64,000 nt of DNA from Pseudoxanthomonas sp. (GCA_036383995.1 DASVNG010000029.1:2351-66350), one strand, 5' to 3'. Shown: positions 9,515 through 19,527, counted from the stretch's first letter. The notes: generated from the letters alone by a model not told the origin. Program-made: numbers and translations.

Positions 9515-10066
9515 TTACTTGCACTTCGCATTACAAGTGCTCCCGTACTCGTAAGTGCACCAGCTATCCTGCCCGTCCACCGTGCAATAGGCGTTCTGAA
9601 CAGGTGGCTCTTCCGTAGTGTTTTCTCCCCCGCCCCCCATTGCTGACATGAAAAGAATGGACTTCTCAGTCGGGTTCTTGGCTTTGAGTCCGGGTATTGA
9701 GGTCAAGTAACGCTGTTGCCCAAATAGGGAAAAAATCGCATATAGGTCGGTCGTGCTTGCTGAATCAAGACCAAGATATGAATAGGAAGCGAGGCCGTGG
9801 CGCGTAAATACCAGGCTCTTCAAGAACTTGTCTCGTAGTTTCGGCGGTAGCTTGTTAAGTGGTGAATCTGGTGTGGTGCGTAGGTAGCGCTCCAGATCCG
9901 ATTTCGATTTTATCGGGGCAGTCGCTTGATCGATTTCGATCTGGGTGGCATTCATTTCGCGAACTAGATCGATCCCGCTGCCCTTCTGAATGCTGGCGTC
10001 TTGAGCGTGGACCGCATGGCTGGCAACGCAGAGCGCCAATGCAAAAGCTGAGAAGATAATTTTCAT
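9515..10066 (-). CDS. Secreted hypothetical protein with Gly-linker and 4-Cys C-terminal tail; low-GC islet gene
   Basis: 183 aa from ATG 10066, with an AAGGA Shine-Dalgarno 5-9 nt upstream. Signal peptide MKIIFSAFALALCVASHAVHA. C-terminus is ...MGGGGENTTEEPPVQNAYCTVDGQDSWCTYEYGSTCNAKCK. Confidence 0.65.
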   Translation of the reverse strand: MKIIFSAFALALCVASHAVHAQDASIQKGSGIDLVREMNATQIEIDQATAPIKSKSDLERYLRTTPDSPLNKLPPKLRDKFLKSLVFTRHGLASYSYLGLDSASTTDLYAIFSLFGQQRYLTSIPGLKAKNPTEKSILFMSAMGGGGENTTEEPPVQNAYCTVDGQDSWCTYEYGSTCNAKCK

Positions 10067-10124
10067 ATTTTTCCTTTTCTGATTTCTTCCAAGAGTTAGA
10101 TCATCCAACCTGAAAGCGCCTTAG

Positions 10125-10364
10125 CTAGACTTCATTGTCTGTGATGCTGTGCTCTTCAGTATTCCCCGCACTCGCTATATACGGAAATGTTCCAGGTTTC
10201 TGATGTCTGGAAAATATTCTGTGCAGAGCCAGTTTGCGAAGAACTGAGCCAAGGTAGCAGCAATGGTCTGATTCGGATCGACGTGAGTATGGGATTCCGA
10301 CTTGGAAAGCTCGAACGTACTCAGTGCTACTTGTCTTTGTGAGCTTTAATGTTTTCGAAGGCAC
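10125..10364 (-). CDS. Doubtful small ORF (79 aa, GTG start) in low-GC islet
   Basis: Open frame only, with no recognisable motif. Overlaps the next ORF by 19 nt in another frame, so the two may be halves of one frameshifted gene. Confidence 0.25.
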   Translation of the reverse strand: MPSKTLKLTKTSSTEYVRAFQVGIPYSRRSESDHCCYLGSVLRKLALHRIFSRHQKPGTFPYIASAGNTEEHSITDNEV

Positions 10365-10609
10365 ACTAGTCTTTGAAAGCGAGGGGTTAATTCTGTTCTA
10401 CCATCACTCATGGAGAATGTGTCTTGGTAGCTCGCTTCAAGCGATTTCACTCTATTCATGAGTGGGTATTCGCGAATGGTTTCGAGGCCGAGTGCAAGAG
10501 ACAATACGGGGAAGCAAGACTTTGTTCCTGATCCGTAAGGCCACATTAAGACAATGATGAATCGTCGTGTAAATGACGTCGGGATCTCATGCAATGCAAT
10601 CTGCAGCAT
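10346..10609 (-). CDS. Doubtful small ORF (87 aa from ATG 10609) in low-GC islet
   Basis: The track ORF 10346..10720 extends into the ispA 3' end; the internal ATG at 10609 avoids that overlap. No motif recognised. Confidence 0.25.
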   Translation of the reverse strand: MLQIALHEIPTSFTRRFIIVLMWPYGSGTKSCFPVLSLALGLETIREYPLMNRVKSLEASYQDTFSMSDGRTELTPRFQRLVCLRKH

Positions 10610-10680
10610 AGTCCCTGTTCGGAACAGTCTCGGTAGCTCTCGCCTTGGTGCCGCGTCCGATGCTCTAGGGCGAAAGTCTT

Positions 10681-11559
10681 CTAGTGCGTGCGGTGGATCG
10701 CCAATTTGCCCAGCGCCCACAGCGCGGTGGCGTGTTCGCGGAAAGGGGCCAGCGCGTCGTGCATGACCCTGTCCAGCTCGACCAGCTTGGCTTTCGCGCC
10801 GTCCATGCCCAGCAAGGCGGGATAGGTCGACTTGGCCTGCGCCGCGTCCTTGCCGATGGTCTTGCCCAACCGCTCCGAGCTCGATTCCACATCCAGGATG
10901 TCGTCGCGCACCTGGAAGGCCAGGCCCAGCGCGTCGGCGAAGGTATCCAGCAGCTTGAGCGTGCCTTCATCGATGCTGCCGCCCATCGCCCCCATGCGCA
11001 CCGAGGCCCGGATCAGCGCGCCGGTCTTGAGGCGGTGCATGCGCTCCAGATCGGCGAGCGTCTGCACCTGGCCGGTGGCGTCGATATCCAATGCCTGGCC
11101 GCCGCACATGCCGCCGGCGCCAGCGGCTACGCTCAGGGCGCGTAGCCAAGACACGCGTAGCTCGGAGGCGACCGGCGCTTCGGCCAGTATTTCGAAAGCC
11201 AGCGACTGCAGCGCGTCGCCGGCCAGGATCGCGGTGGCTTCGTCGAAGGCGACGTGCACGGTAGGCCGGCCACGGCGCAAGGCGTCGTCGTCCATTGCCG
11301 GCAGATCGTCGTGCACCAGCGAATAGGCGTGGATCAGTTCCACCGCCGCCGCAGGCGCGTCCAGCCAGCGCTCGTCGGTGCCGAACACCGCGCCCGTGGC
11401 GTAGACCAGCAGGGGGCGTATGCGCTTGCCGCCGCCCAGCACGGCGTGGCGCATGGCCGCATGCAGGCGTTGCGGAGGAATCGAGGCCGAAGGCAGGGCA
11501 TGACCAAGGGCGGTTTCGACGCGTTGGGCCCAGCGCAGGAACGGGGCTTCAGTTTCCAT
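10681..11559 (-). CDS. ispA: Farnesyl diphosphate synthase (geranyltranstransferase)
   Basis: Aspartate-rich motifs [12 protein letters not shown] and [12 protein letters not shown] at 11559 (METEAPF...) is preferred over TTG at 11574. xseB-ispA synteny matches E. coli. Confidence 0.92.
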   Translation of the reverse strand: METEAPFLRWAQRVETALGHALPSASIPPQRLHAAMRHAVLGGGKRIRPLLVYATGAVFGTDERWLDAPAAAVELIHAYSLVHDDLPAMDDDALRRGRPTVHVAFDEATAILAGDALQSLAFEILAEAPVASELRVSWLRALSVAAGAGGMCGGQALDIDATGQVQTLADLERMHRLKTGALIRASVRMGAMGGSIDEGTLKLLDTFADALGLAFQVRDDILDVESSSERLGKTIGKDAAQAKSTYPALLGMDGAKAKLVELDRVMHDALAPFREHATALWALGKLAIHRTH

Positions 11560-11809
11560 CAGGCAACGGCGCAAAGGGTTCGGCCGCGTCGGGCTGTTCC
11601 GGATCGCTGAGCAGGCGCACGCGCAACTCGGCCTGTTCCAATGCGGCCTGGCAGCGCCGGTACAGGCCCACGCCGCGCTCGTAGGCGGCCAGAGACTCTT
11701 CCAGGCTCATCTCGCCCTGTTCCATCTTCTCGACCAACAGTTCCAGTTCGTCCAGCGACTGCTCGAAATGGGCGACGGGGGAAGCATCGGGGGCGGGTTT
11801 GCGTGGCAT
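11549..11809 (-). CDS. xseB: Exodeoxyribonuclease VII small subunit
   Basis: 86 aa from ATG 11809, found inside track ORF 11549..12220. Sequence [47 protein letters not shown] is typical of XseB. Confidence 0.9.
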   Translation of the reverse strand: MPRKPAPDASPVAHFEQSLDELELLVEKMEQGEMSLEESLAAYERGVGLYRRCQAALEQAELRVRLLSDPEQPDAAEPFAPLPDGN

Positions 11810-11855
11810 GGAGGCAAGTTTGGGGATGCGGGGGGAATAGGTCAATCCAGGCCGC

Positions 11856-13166
11856 TCATGCCTGGCGCGCCCAGTGCAGGCGCGCGCCCGCCTCGCGCAG
11901 CCATGCGTCGAAACCGGCGGAATAAGCCAGGTCCGCGACCGCCACCAGCTCGCCCCCGCCATTGGAGAGCAAGGGCAGGGCCTCGCGTTCCCAAGGCGGC
12001 ACGCCGAGTTCCTGCAGCAGGTTCTTGAGCGTATGCGAATGCGCGCGGCCGGGCAGGGCGATGCGCTCACCGCCCTGGCGCGCGAATACGCGCAGAGGCG
12101 AAGGAAATGCGGCGGCCCCTTGCAGCTGGAGCAGGTCGCCGCCCGGCAGCAGCAACGGCTCGCGCCCGTCCCATTCCGCGTTCCACTCGATCGGCAGCGG
12201 CTCGTGCCGCCGTTGCGCATGCAGCAGATCGCGCCAGCGTTCGATCACCCCGTCGCGCCATTCGAAGCGGGAGCGGGCGTCGGCGCGCGCCGGCAGCAAG
12301 TCGCTTTCGATCTGCGCGACGCCTTCGCCGGGCAGCGGCGGAAGGCCGAGTTCTTCTATCCAGCGACGCAACACGCGTGCGCGCCGCGTTGCCGGCAGTT
12401 CCAGCAGCGTCGCTACCGAAAGCGCGCGCGGATCAGCGGTGCGGGCCATCGCCAGCGCCAAGGCGTCCTCGCGCTGCAGCAGTTCGACGGCATCGGCGCT
12501 CAGCACTGCGCTGCGCATGAAAGCGGCATCGGCCTGCGGCCAGCGTTCGCGCAGCAACGGCAGCACACGCTGGCGCAGGAAATTGCGGTCGTGGCGGAGG
12601 TCTTCGTTGCTGGGATCCTCCAGCCAAGCCAAGCCATGCCAATTCGCGTAAGCGAGCAGTTCGGCGCGTGGCGTCTGCAGCAACGGACGCCAGTGCAGGC
12701 CCGTGGCGAAACCGCGCCATGGCCGCATCGCCGCCAACCCGTCCGGCCCGGAACCGCGCAACGCGCGCAACAGGAAGGTTTCCGCCTGGTCGTCGCGATG
12801 ATGCGCGGTGACCAGCGTTTCGCCTTCTTTCAGCACGCTTTCGAATGCGGCGTAACGCGCCTTGCGCGCGGCAGCCTCCAGTCCTTCGCCGCTGTCGCGA
12901 TCCACTTCCACATTGACGACGGTCAGCGCCACGCCAAGCGCATCGCAAAACGCCGCGCATCGCCTCGCCCATTCGTCCGCGGCAGATTGCAGGCCGTGGT
13001 GCACGTGCGCCGCGCGCAGGCCCTGTGTGCGGACCAGCGGGTCCTGCGACAGCGCATGCAGCAGCACGGTGGAATCCAGCCCGCCGCTCAATCCCACCAG
13101 CAACGGCGCGGGCCGCGTACGGCGCAGGGCGTTGTGCAGGGCGGCAGCGGGGTCGGCGGAGGTCAT
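11856..13166 (-). CDS. tilS: tRNA(Ile)-lysidine synthetase
   Basis: 436 aa with the PP-loop [16 protein letters not shown]. Lies in the accA neighbourhood, as in E. coli. Confidence 0.92.
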   Translation of the reverse strand: MTSADPAAALHNALRRTRPAPLLVGLSGGLDSTVLLHALSQDPLVRTQGLRAAHVHHGLQSAADEWARRCAAFCDALGVALTVVNVEVDRDSGEGLEAAARKARYAAFESVLKEGETLVTAHHRDDQAETFLLRALRGSGPDGLAAMRPWRGFATGLHWRPLLQTPRAELLAYANWHGLAWLEDPSNEDLRHDRNFLRQRVLPLLRERWPQADAAFMRSAVLSADAVELLQREDALALAMARTADPRALSVATLLELPATRRARVLRRWIEELGLPPLPGEGVAQIESDLLPARADARSRFEWRDGVIERWRDLLHAQRRHEPLPIEWNAEWDGREPLLLPGGDLLQLQGAAAFPSPLRVFARQGGERIALPGRAHSHTLKNLLQELGVPPWEREALPLLSNGGGELVAVADLAYSAGFDAWLREAGARLHWARQA

Positions 13167-13285
13167 GCGCCCATGCTAGCGGTTGCGTCCACGGCATGCA
13201 GCGGTTGACCGCATCCGTCGGCGTCCAGGGTCGCTCCTACCGATCCATGGAGGCGCGGCTTGACTCTGTCCACGCTGGGAAAAGA

Positions 13286-14032
13286 TCAGTTCAGCGACGC
13301 CAGCTCGCGCTTGGCCGCATCGATCCACTCGCGCTGTTCGCGCTGGTAATACTTGGGGGAGGCTGCCGAACGGGTCAGGATTTCGTTGAAGATTTCCTTC
13401 GCTTTGCGTGTATCGCCATTGCGGACCAGCAACAATCCATAGCGCGCCCGCGCTTCTTCTCCCGGATATCCCTGCACGACATTCTCGTATTCGTGCAGCG
13501 CGGCCGGCAGATCGCCGCTGGCCTCGACCGTGCGCGCGTAGAGCAGGTGCCCGTCCTTGGAGCGGTAGTCGGGATTGGCCGCGATCAGCGCGTCCAGGGT
13601 CTGCCGGGCCTGTTGCGGCTGGCCCAGGCCGAATTGCGCTTTCGCCAGGCCCATCATCGTCTCGGGGTCGGTTTCGTAAAGACCTTTGAGCGCACCTTTA
13701 TAAAGCTCGGCCGCTTGCTGGAAGTCGCCGCTGGCCAGGCTTTCCTCGGCCAGGCGGCGCCGGTTGGCCTGCGTGTCGGAAAGTCCGAACTGGCGGCTGG
13801 CGTGGCGTTTTTCGCGCTCGGGATCGATCTTCGCCGCGACCTTGCGCACCACGCGCCTGGCGCCCGGGTCGTTGCGCATTCCAGGCAGGACCTCGGCGAA
13901 GAAGTAGATCGCCACCGCGATATACGAGAACACCAGCAGGATGAAGATCCAGTACATCGGCCGGCCGGTGCGGATTACGTGCACGCAGCAGGCGATTTGC
14001 AGCACGATGGAAAGGAGGAGGATGGGGCTCAT
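13286..14032 (-). CDS. Membrane-anchored TPR-repeat protein (PLDc_N-like N-terminal TM hairpin)
   Basis: 248 aa. N-terminal TM pair LLLSIVLQIACCVHVIRTGRPMYWIFILLVFSYIAVAIYFF. Followed by TPR-like helices (FQQAAELYKGALKG..., QQARQTLDALIAANPDY...). Confidence 0.7.
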   Translation of the reverse strand: MSPILLLSIVLQIACCVHVIRTGRPMYWIFILLVFSYIAVAIYFFAEVLPGMRNDPGARRVVRKVAAKIDPEREKRHASRQFGLSDTQANRRRLAEESLASGDFQQAAELYKGALKGLYETDPETMMGLAKAQFGLGQPQQARQTLDALIAANPDYRSKDGHLLYARTVEASGDLPAALHEYENVVQGYPGEEARARYGLLLVRNGDTRKAKEIFNEILTRSAASPKYYQREQREWIDAAKRELASLN

Positions 14033-14126
14033 GGGTCGGTCTGGTGAGATGAGTTGTGCGCCGATTGTATTTTACGGTGCGAGGCCGCGCTGTACCCGCA
14101 ATCCCTCCGCGAATAGCAATCCGGTC

Positions 14127-14199
14127 GTAGGAGCGGCGTAAGTCGCGAAATCTCCTCGCTAGCACAAGAGCTCCCGGTCGCGACTTGCGTCGCTCCTAC
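14127..14199. repeat. GTAG-type REP inverted pair
   Basis: gtaggagcggcgtaagtcgcga (14127-14148) faces tcgcgacttgcgtcgctcctac (14178-14199). Confidence 0.8.
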
Positions 14200-14245
14200 G
14201 CGCTCCTACAGCGAACCGGTGGAGCCGCAGAGCAGCCTGCTCGAC

Positions 14246-14346
14246 GTGGGAGCGGCGTCCCGCCGCGAGCTTTTGATCTTCCTTGGAAAACGCAAAGCAG
14301 AGAATTGCGCATGGACATGAAGCTCGCGGCGGGACGCCGCTCCCAC
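14246..14346. repeat. REP inverted pair (GTGG variant)
   Basis: gtgggagcggcgtcccgccgcgagc (14246-14270) faces gctcgcggcgggacgccgctcccac (14322-14346). Confidence 0.8.
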
Positions 14347-14380
14347 CGGTGTGATTGTTGCGTTTGTGATGAAGCCGGAC

Positions 14381-15340
14381 TCAGGCGGCTTCGTAAGCCC
14401 CGTAACCGCGCAGACGCTGGTACCGCTGCTTCAGCAACTCATCCATCGGCAATTGTTCCAACGCATCCAGCTCGTTGAGCAGCACGGCCTTCAGGCGCGT
14501 GGCCATCTGCCGCGGATTGCGGTGCGCGCCGCCGATGGGTTCGCGCACCACTTTGTCCACCAGGCCCAACGAAAGCAGGCGTTTGGCGGTGATGCCGAGT
14601 TGTTCGGCGGCGTCCTTGGCCTTGTCGGCCGACTTCCACAGGATCGACGCGCAGCCTTCCGGCGAGATCACCGAATAGGTGCCGTATTCCAGCATCAAGG
14701 TGCGGTCGCCCACGCCGATCGCCAACGCGCCGCCCGAGCCGCCTTCGCCGATCACCGTGCACACGATGGGCACTTTCAATTCCGCCATTTCCATCAGGTT
14801 GCGGGCGATGGCTTCGGACTGGCCGCGCTCTTCCGCGCCCACGCCCGGGTAGGCGCCGGGGGTGTCGATGAAGGTCAGCAAGGGAAGTTTGAAGCGCTCG
14901 GCCAGCTTCATCAGGCGCAGCGCCTTGCGGTAGCCCTCGGGCCGCGGCATGCCGAAGTTGCGCGCGATCTTGCTCTTGGTGTCGCGGCCCTTCTGGTGGC
15001 CGATGATCACCACGCTGCGGCCGTCGATGCGGCCCAGGCCGCCGACGATGGCGGCGTCGTCGGCATAGGCGCGGTCGCCGGCCAGTTCCTGGAACTCGTC
15101 GCAGAACACGCGGATGTAGTCCAGCGTGTACGGCCGGGCCGGGTGCCGGGCCAACTGCGAGACCTGCCAGGGAGTGAGGTCGCGGAAGATCTGCGCGGTG
15201 CGCACGCGCAGCTTGTCCTGCAGCGCGTGCACTTCGGCGTCGATGTTGACCGCCGGACCGGTGCTGGCGCTGCGCAGGTCCTGGATCTTGGATTCCAGAT
15301 CGGCGATGGGCTGTTCGAAATCCAGGTAATTCGGGTTCAT
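14381..15340 (-). CDS. accA: Acetyl-CoA carboxylase carboxyltransferase alpha subunit
   Basis: 319 aa, [19 protein letters not shown]..., [23 protein letters not shown] motif. dnaE-accA synteny. Confidence 0.96.
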   Translation of the reverse strand: MNPNYLDFEQPIADLESKIQDLRSASTGPAVNIDAEVHALQDKLRVRTAQIFRDLTPWQVSQLARHPARPYTLDYIRVFCDEFQELAGDRAYADDAAIVGGLGRIDGRSVVIIGHQKGRDTKSKIARNFGMPRPEGYRKALRLMKLAERFKLPLLTFIDTPGAYPGVGAEERGQSEAIARNLMEMAELKVPIVCTVIGEGGSGGALAIGVGDRTLMLEYGTYSVISPEGCASILWKSADKAKDAAEQLGITAKRLLSLGLVDKVVREPIGGAHRNPRQMATRLKAVLLNELDALEQLPMDELLKQRYQRLRGYGAYEAA

Positions 15341-15384
15341 TGGTGGACTGCGGACCGGAAAGGAGGGGGAGTTTAGCCGAAGCG

Positions 15385-15563
15385 GGGTGGGGTGCCCGTA
15401 CGGGTGGGTAGGGCGACCATTGCTTTTCCTTCTCCCACCGGGAGAAGGTGGCGCGAAGCGCCGGATGAGGGAGTGGATTTTCAGATTGACGGACGGTCAC
15501 CGTGGGTCGGAATTCTCATTCCCTCATCCGCCCTCCGGGCACCTTCTCCCGGTGGGAGAAGGG
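15385..15563. repeat. MITE-like composite palindromic element, copy 3 (variant)
   Basis: ttccttctcccaccgggagaaggtg ... ggatgagggag ... ccctcatccg ... ccttctcccggtgggagaaggg. Lies between the dnaE stop (15567) and the accA start (15340). Confidence 0.8.
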
Positions 15564-15566
15564 AAG

Positions 15567-18500
15567 CTAGTTCGCCCAAGGCCTGGAGATAGCGACCTTC
15601 ACTGTCCGAACCCCAGGGTGCGCCCGCAGCGCATCCAGCAGGTCCGTGTCCACGCGCACCGACTTGGGCCCGTTCAAATCCAGCACGCCCGCCACACCGC
15701 GCTCGCCGGATTTCAGCAGCAGGTCCAGGCGCAGAGGGGTCGCGCCGGGACGATGCTTGGAAAGCAGGGCATCGATGCGGTCCCACAGCCCCGGCACGCG
15801 CATGTCCAACCGCAGCGACAGGCGCTGGGCATGGCTGGAGCAGAGCTGCGCGTAGTCCCAGCACTGGCGCACGCGCAGGCTGAAGCCGCCGCTGAATTCG
15901 TCCTCGCGCAGGCCGCCTTGCACAATCAGGATGCGGTCGCGCGTCAGCAGCGGCGCCAGCTGCGTGTAGGCCTCGGCGAACACGCTGCATTCGATGCGTC
16001 CGCGTCCGTCCTCCAGCTGCACGAACACCTGGCTATCGCCCTTGCGGCGCAAGGCGACCACCTGTCCGGCGATGACCACGCCCACTTCCGGGCGCCAGCC
16101 TTTCTTCTCGGCCTGCGGTGCGCCGCTCCACAGCTTGTCCAACTCGCCCAGGTCGGTGCCGACCAGCGAACGCAAGTCGTCGCGATAGGGATCCAGCGGA
16201 TGGCCGCTCAGGTAATGGCCCAGGGTCTCGCGTTCGCCCGTCAGTTTCTGCGACAGCGGCCATTCGTCCACTTCGGTCAGCAGCACTTCCAAGGCGGGCG
16301 CCGCATCGCCGCCGCCGAACAAAGAAACCTGGCCGGCGTCGCGTTCCCTGGCCAACTGATCGGTGGCTTTCACCACTTCCGGAAGCTGCAGCATCAGCGA
16401 AGCGCGGTTCTTGCCCAGCGCGTCCAGCGCGCCCGCATTGACCAACGCTTCCAGCGCACGGCGATTGAGTTTGGACGAGTCCACGCGTTTGCAGAAATCC
16501 AGCAGGTCGTGGAAAGCCCCGCCGCCCGCGCGCTCGGCCGAAATGGCCTCGCAGGCGCCGCGCCCCACGCCTTTGATCGCGCCCAGCCCGTAGCGCACGG
16601 TGCGCGCGTCGGTGGCCACGAACATGTATTCCGAAGCGTTGGCTTGCGGCGGCAGCACTTCCAGCTTCAGCGTGCGGCATTCGTCCAGGAAGCCGACCAC
16701 CTTGTCGGTGTTGTCCATGTCCGAAGACAGCACCGCGGCCATGAATTCGGCCGGGTAATGCGTCTTCAGCCAAGCGGTCTGGTAGGACACCAGCGCGTAG
16801 GCGGCCGCATGCGATTTGTTGAAACCGTAGCCGGCGAACTTCTCCATCAGGTCGAAGATGGAATCGGCCTTGCGCGCGTCGATGTCGTTCTTTCCGGCGC
16901 CTTCGCGGAAGATCTCGCGGTGCTTGGCCATTTCCGCCGGGTTCTTCTTGCCCATCGCGCGGCGCAGCAGGTCGGCGCCGCCCAGCGAGTAACCGCCGAC
17001 GATCTGCGCCATCTGCATGACCTGTTCCTGGTACACCATGATGCCGTAGGTGTCGCGCAGCACCGGCTCTACGCGCGTATCCGGGTACTCCACGGGTTCG
17101 CGCCCGTGCTTGCGTTCGATGAAGGACGGGATCAGGTCCATCGGGCCCGGGCGGTACAGCGAAACCAGGGCGATCAGGTCTTCGAAACGGTCGGGCTTGG
17201 CGCGCTTGAGCAACTCGCGCATGCCGCGCGATTCGAACTGGAACACCGCGCCGGTATCGCCGGTGGAGAACACGCGTTCGTAAGTGGCCGCGTCGTCCAG
17301 CGGGATCGCGGAGATGTCCATCGGCGCTTCGCCGGTGGACTGGCGGCGCACATTGATGGCTTTCACCGCCCAATCGATGATGGTCAGCGTGCGCAGGCCC
17401 AGGAAGTCGAACTTCACCAGGCCCACCGCTTCCACGTCGTCCTTGTCGAACTGGGTCACCGGCGACTTGCCGCGGCCCTCGACGTCGTGTTCGGCGAACA
17501 GCGGGCAGAAATCGGACAGCGGCGAAGGCGCGATCACCACGCCGCCGGCGTGCTTGCCGGCATTGCGGGTCAGGTCTTCCAGTTGCCGCGCCAGATCCAT
17601 CAGGTCGCGCACGTCGTCTTCGTCGCGGTAACGGTCGATCAGTTCCTGCGACACCATGCTGCTGTCGCCTTCGCCCATCGCATCCTTCAGGGTCACGCCC
17701 AGGATGTTGGGAATGAGCTTGGCGATGCCGTCCACCAGGCCGTAAGGGAAGCCCAGCACGCGGCCGGTGTCGCGCACCACCGCCTTGGCCGCCATGGTGC
17801 CGTAGGTGATGATCTGGCTGACCCGGTCGCGGCCGTATTTGCGCGCGACGTAGTCGATGACTTCGTCGCGTCGGTCCATGCAGAAGTCGATGTCGAAGTC
17901 GGGCATCGACACGCGTTCGGGGTTGAGGAAGCGCTCGAACAGCAGGCCGTAGGGCAGCGGATCCAGGTCGGTGATGCCCAGCGCCCAGGCCACCAGCGAA
18001 CCGGCGCCGGAACCGCGCCCGGGCCCGACCGGAATGCCGTGCTGCTTGGCCCAGTTGATGAAGTCGGCCACGATCAGGAAGTAGCCGGGGAAGCCCATGC
18101 GCACGATGACGTCGACTTCCAGGTCCAGGCGCGCGCGGTAGTCGTCGGCGCTGTGTCCTTCGGCCAGCGGATTCTTGCGCAGGCGCTCTTCCAGGCCATC
18201 GTGCGACTGGCTGCGGATCCAGCTGTCCAGGGTCTCGTTGCTGGGCACCGGATACGCCGGCAGGGCGTATTGGCCCAGCGTCAGTTCCAGATTGCAGCGC
18301 TGCGCCAGCGCATGGGTGTTGTCGATCGCATCGGGCACGTCGGCGAACAGCGCGGCCATTTCGTCGGGCGATTTCAGGTATTGCTCGGGGCTGTATTCGC
18401 GCGGACGCTTGGGATCGTCCAGCACGCGGCCGGTGGAGATGCACACGCGCGCTTCGTGCGCGTCGTAGCCTTCGCGGTCCAGGAACCGCACATCGTTGCT

Positions 18501-19124
18501 GGCGATCACCGGAAGCCCGCGCGCGGCGGCGGCATGCAAGGCGAAGGCGTTGAATGCGTCTTCGCCTTCGCGCTGGGTGCGGGTGATCTCCAGGTGCAGG
18601 TTTTCGCCGAAGCTGCGTTGCAGGTCGGCGAGATGCTGTTCGGCGTGTTCGTGGCGCCCGCCCGCGGCCAGCCGTCCCGCGTAGCTATGGCGGCCGGCGA
18701 TGGCGAACAGGCCTTCGCAATCTTCGCGCAGCCATTCCGGTGCGATAGCCACGCCGTCGGTGTGGTGGCCTTCCATCCAGGCGCGCGTCAACAGGCGCGA
18801 CAACGACAAATATCCGGTGTGGTCGCGACATAGCAGGGTCAGCTGCCAGGGGCTTTCCTTGCCGTCGACGATGCTCAGGTCGGCGCCGGCGATGGGCTTG
18901 ATGCCCACCGATTCGGCGGCTTTGTAGAACTTGACCAGCGCGAACAGGTTGTTGCGATCGGTCACCGCCAGCGCCGGCAGCCGCATCTCCACCGCGCGGC
19001 TCAGCAGATTGGGCCGTTTGGCCTTGTCCGGGCGGGCTTCGTCCGGCTTTTCGGGCACGCGGATGGTCGAATCCGCGAGCGAGAATTCGGTGTGCAGATG
19101 GAGGTGGATGAAGCGGGAAGACAT
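15567..19124 (-). CDS. dnaE: DNA polymerase III alpha subunit
   Basis: 1185 aa. PHP-domain N-terminus FIHLHLHTEFSLADS; GFNKSHAAAYALVSYQTAWLK motif. Confidence 0.97.
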   Translation of the reverse strand: MSSRFIHLHLHTEFSLADSTIRVPEKPDEARPDKAKRPNLLSRAVEMRLPALAVTDRNNLFALVKFYKAAESVGIKPIAGADLSIVDGKESPWQLTLLCRDHTGYLSLSRLLTRAWMEGHHTDGVAIAPEWLREDCEGLFAIAGRHSYAGRLAAGGRHEHAEQHLADLQRSFGENLHLEITRTQREGEDAFNAFALHAAAARGLPVIASNDVRFLDREGYDAHEARVCISTGRVLDDPKRPREYSPEQYLKSPDEMAALFADVPDAIDNTHALAQRCNLELTLGQYALPAYPVPSNETLDSWIRSQSHDGLEERLRKNPLAEGHSADDYRARLDLEVDVIVRMGFPGYFLIVADFINWAKQHGIPVGPGRGSGAGSLVAWALGITDLDPLPYGLLFERFLNPERVSMPDFDIDFCMDRRDEVIDYVARKYGRDRVSQIITYGTMAAKAVVRDTGRVLGFPYGLVDGIAKLIPNILGVTLKDAMGEGDSSMVSQELIDRYRDEDDVRDLMDLARQLEDLTRNAGKHAGGVVIAPSPLSDFCPLFAEHDVEGRGKSPVTQFDKDDVEAVGLVKFDFLGLRTLTIIDWAVKAINVRRQSTGEAPMDISAIPLDDAATYERVFSTGDTGAVFQFESRGMRELLKRAKPDRFEDLIALVSLYRPGPMDLIPSFIERKHGREPVEYPDTRVEPVLRDTYGIMVYQEQVMQMAQIVGGYSLGGADLLRRAMGKKNPAEMAKHREIFREGAGKNDIDARKADSIFDLMEKFAGYGFNKSHAAAYALVSYQTAWLKTHYPAEFMAAVLSSDMDNTDKVVGFLDECRTLKLEVLPPQANASEYMFVATDARTVRYGLGAIKGVGRGACEAISAERAGGGAFHDLLDFCKRVDSSKLNRRALEALVNAGALDALGKNRASLMLQLPEVVKATDQLARERDAGQVSLFGGGDAAPALEVLLTEVDEWPLSQKLTGERETLGHYLSGHPLDPYRDDLRSLVGTDLGELDKLWSGAPQAEKKGWRPEVGVVIAGQVVALRRKGDSQVFVQLEDGRGRIECSVFAEAYTQLAPLLTRDRILIVQGGLREDEFSGGFSLRVRQCWDYAQLCSSHAQRLSLRLDMRVPGLWDRIDALLSKHRPGATPLRLDLLLKSGERGVAGVLDLNGPKSVRVDTDLLDALRAHPGVRTVKVAISRPWAN

Positions 19125-19200
19125 ACCGCTAGCAGGGTAGCGGGAGGGGTGGGGTCGAACAAGGCTTGACAGTCCGTGGCGACGCCTGGCCCTTGCTGCG

Positions 19201-19527
19201 TCAGGCTCCGAGGCGTCTGGCGGTGGCAGGCCGGTGCTCGCGTCGGGGCCGTTGCCACTCCAGCTGCGCGGCTTCCTGCAGGCCGGTCCGGCGATAGAGC
19301 AGGTAGCGCGCGATTTCCTCGGCCAGCGTCATCCAGGCGCATTCGCTGGCGCAACCCGTGCCGGCGGCGCTGGCCAGTATCTGCAGCAGCTGGCCGCGCA
19401 CCACGGGCGTGCACGGCCAACGGCGGTCGGCCAGCATCGACCTCAACAGCTGCAGGCGGTCATCGTTCTGATCCAGAACTGGGGGGATGGGCCGGCGCGC
19501 ACCGGCCGGCAGGTAGGCGATGGACAT
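19201..19527 (-). CDS. Hypothetical protein (108 aa)
   Basis: ATG start and strong GC3 codon bias in this frame. No recognisable motif. Lies 101 nt downstream of the DUF1232-motif gene on the same strand. Confidence 0.5.
   Translation of the reverse strand: MSIAYLPAGARRPIPPVLDQNDDRLQLLRSMLADRRWPCTPVVRGQLLQILASAAGTGCASECAWMTLAEEIARYLLYRRTGLQEAAQLEWQRPRREHRPATARRLGA

Noticed and set aside
8465-10680. Calling the low-GC islet a mobile element, integron cassette or prophage remnant.
   Set aside because: No integrase, transposase or recombinase, no attC-like site, no tRNA and no flanking direct repeats could be seen. Only the compositional anomaly is supported, so it is reported as a finding rather than annotated as a mobile element.
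15387-18833. 1148-aa ORF on the plus strand opposite dnaE. Similar long antisense ORFs include 1525..2565, 6534..7856, 11874..13208, 27175..29790, 47010..48764, 59064..61280 and 62419..63618.
   Set aside because: Their composition (Ala/Gly/Arg/Val/His-rich, no motifs) is typical of stop-codon-poor antisense frames in ~68% GC DNA. The opposite strand carries unmistakable housekeeping genes with proper motifs and GC3 bias.
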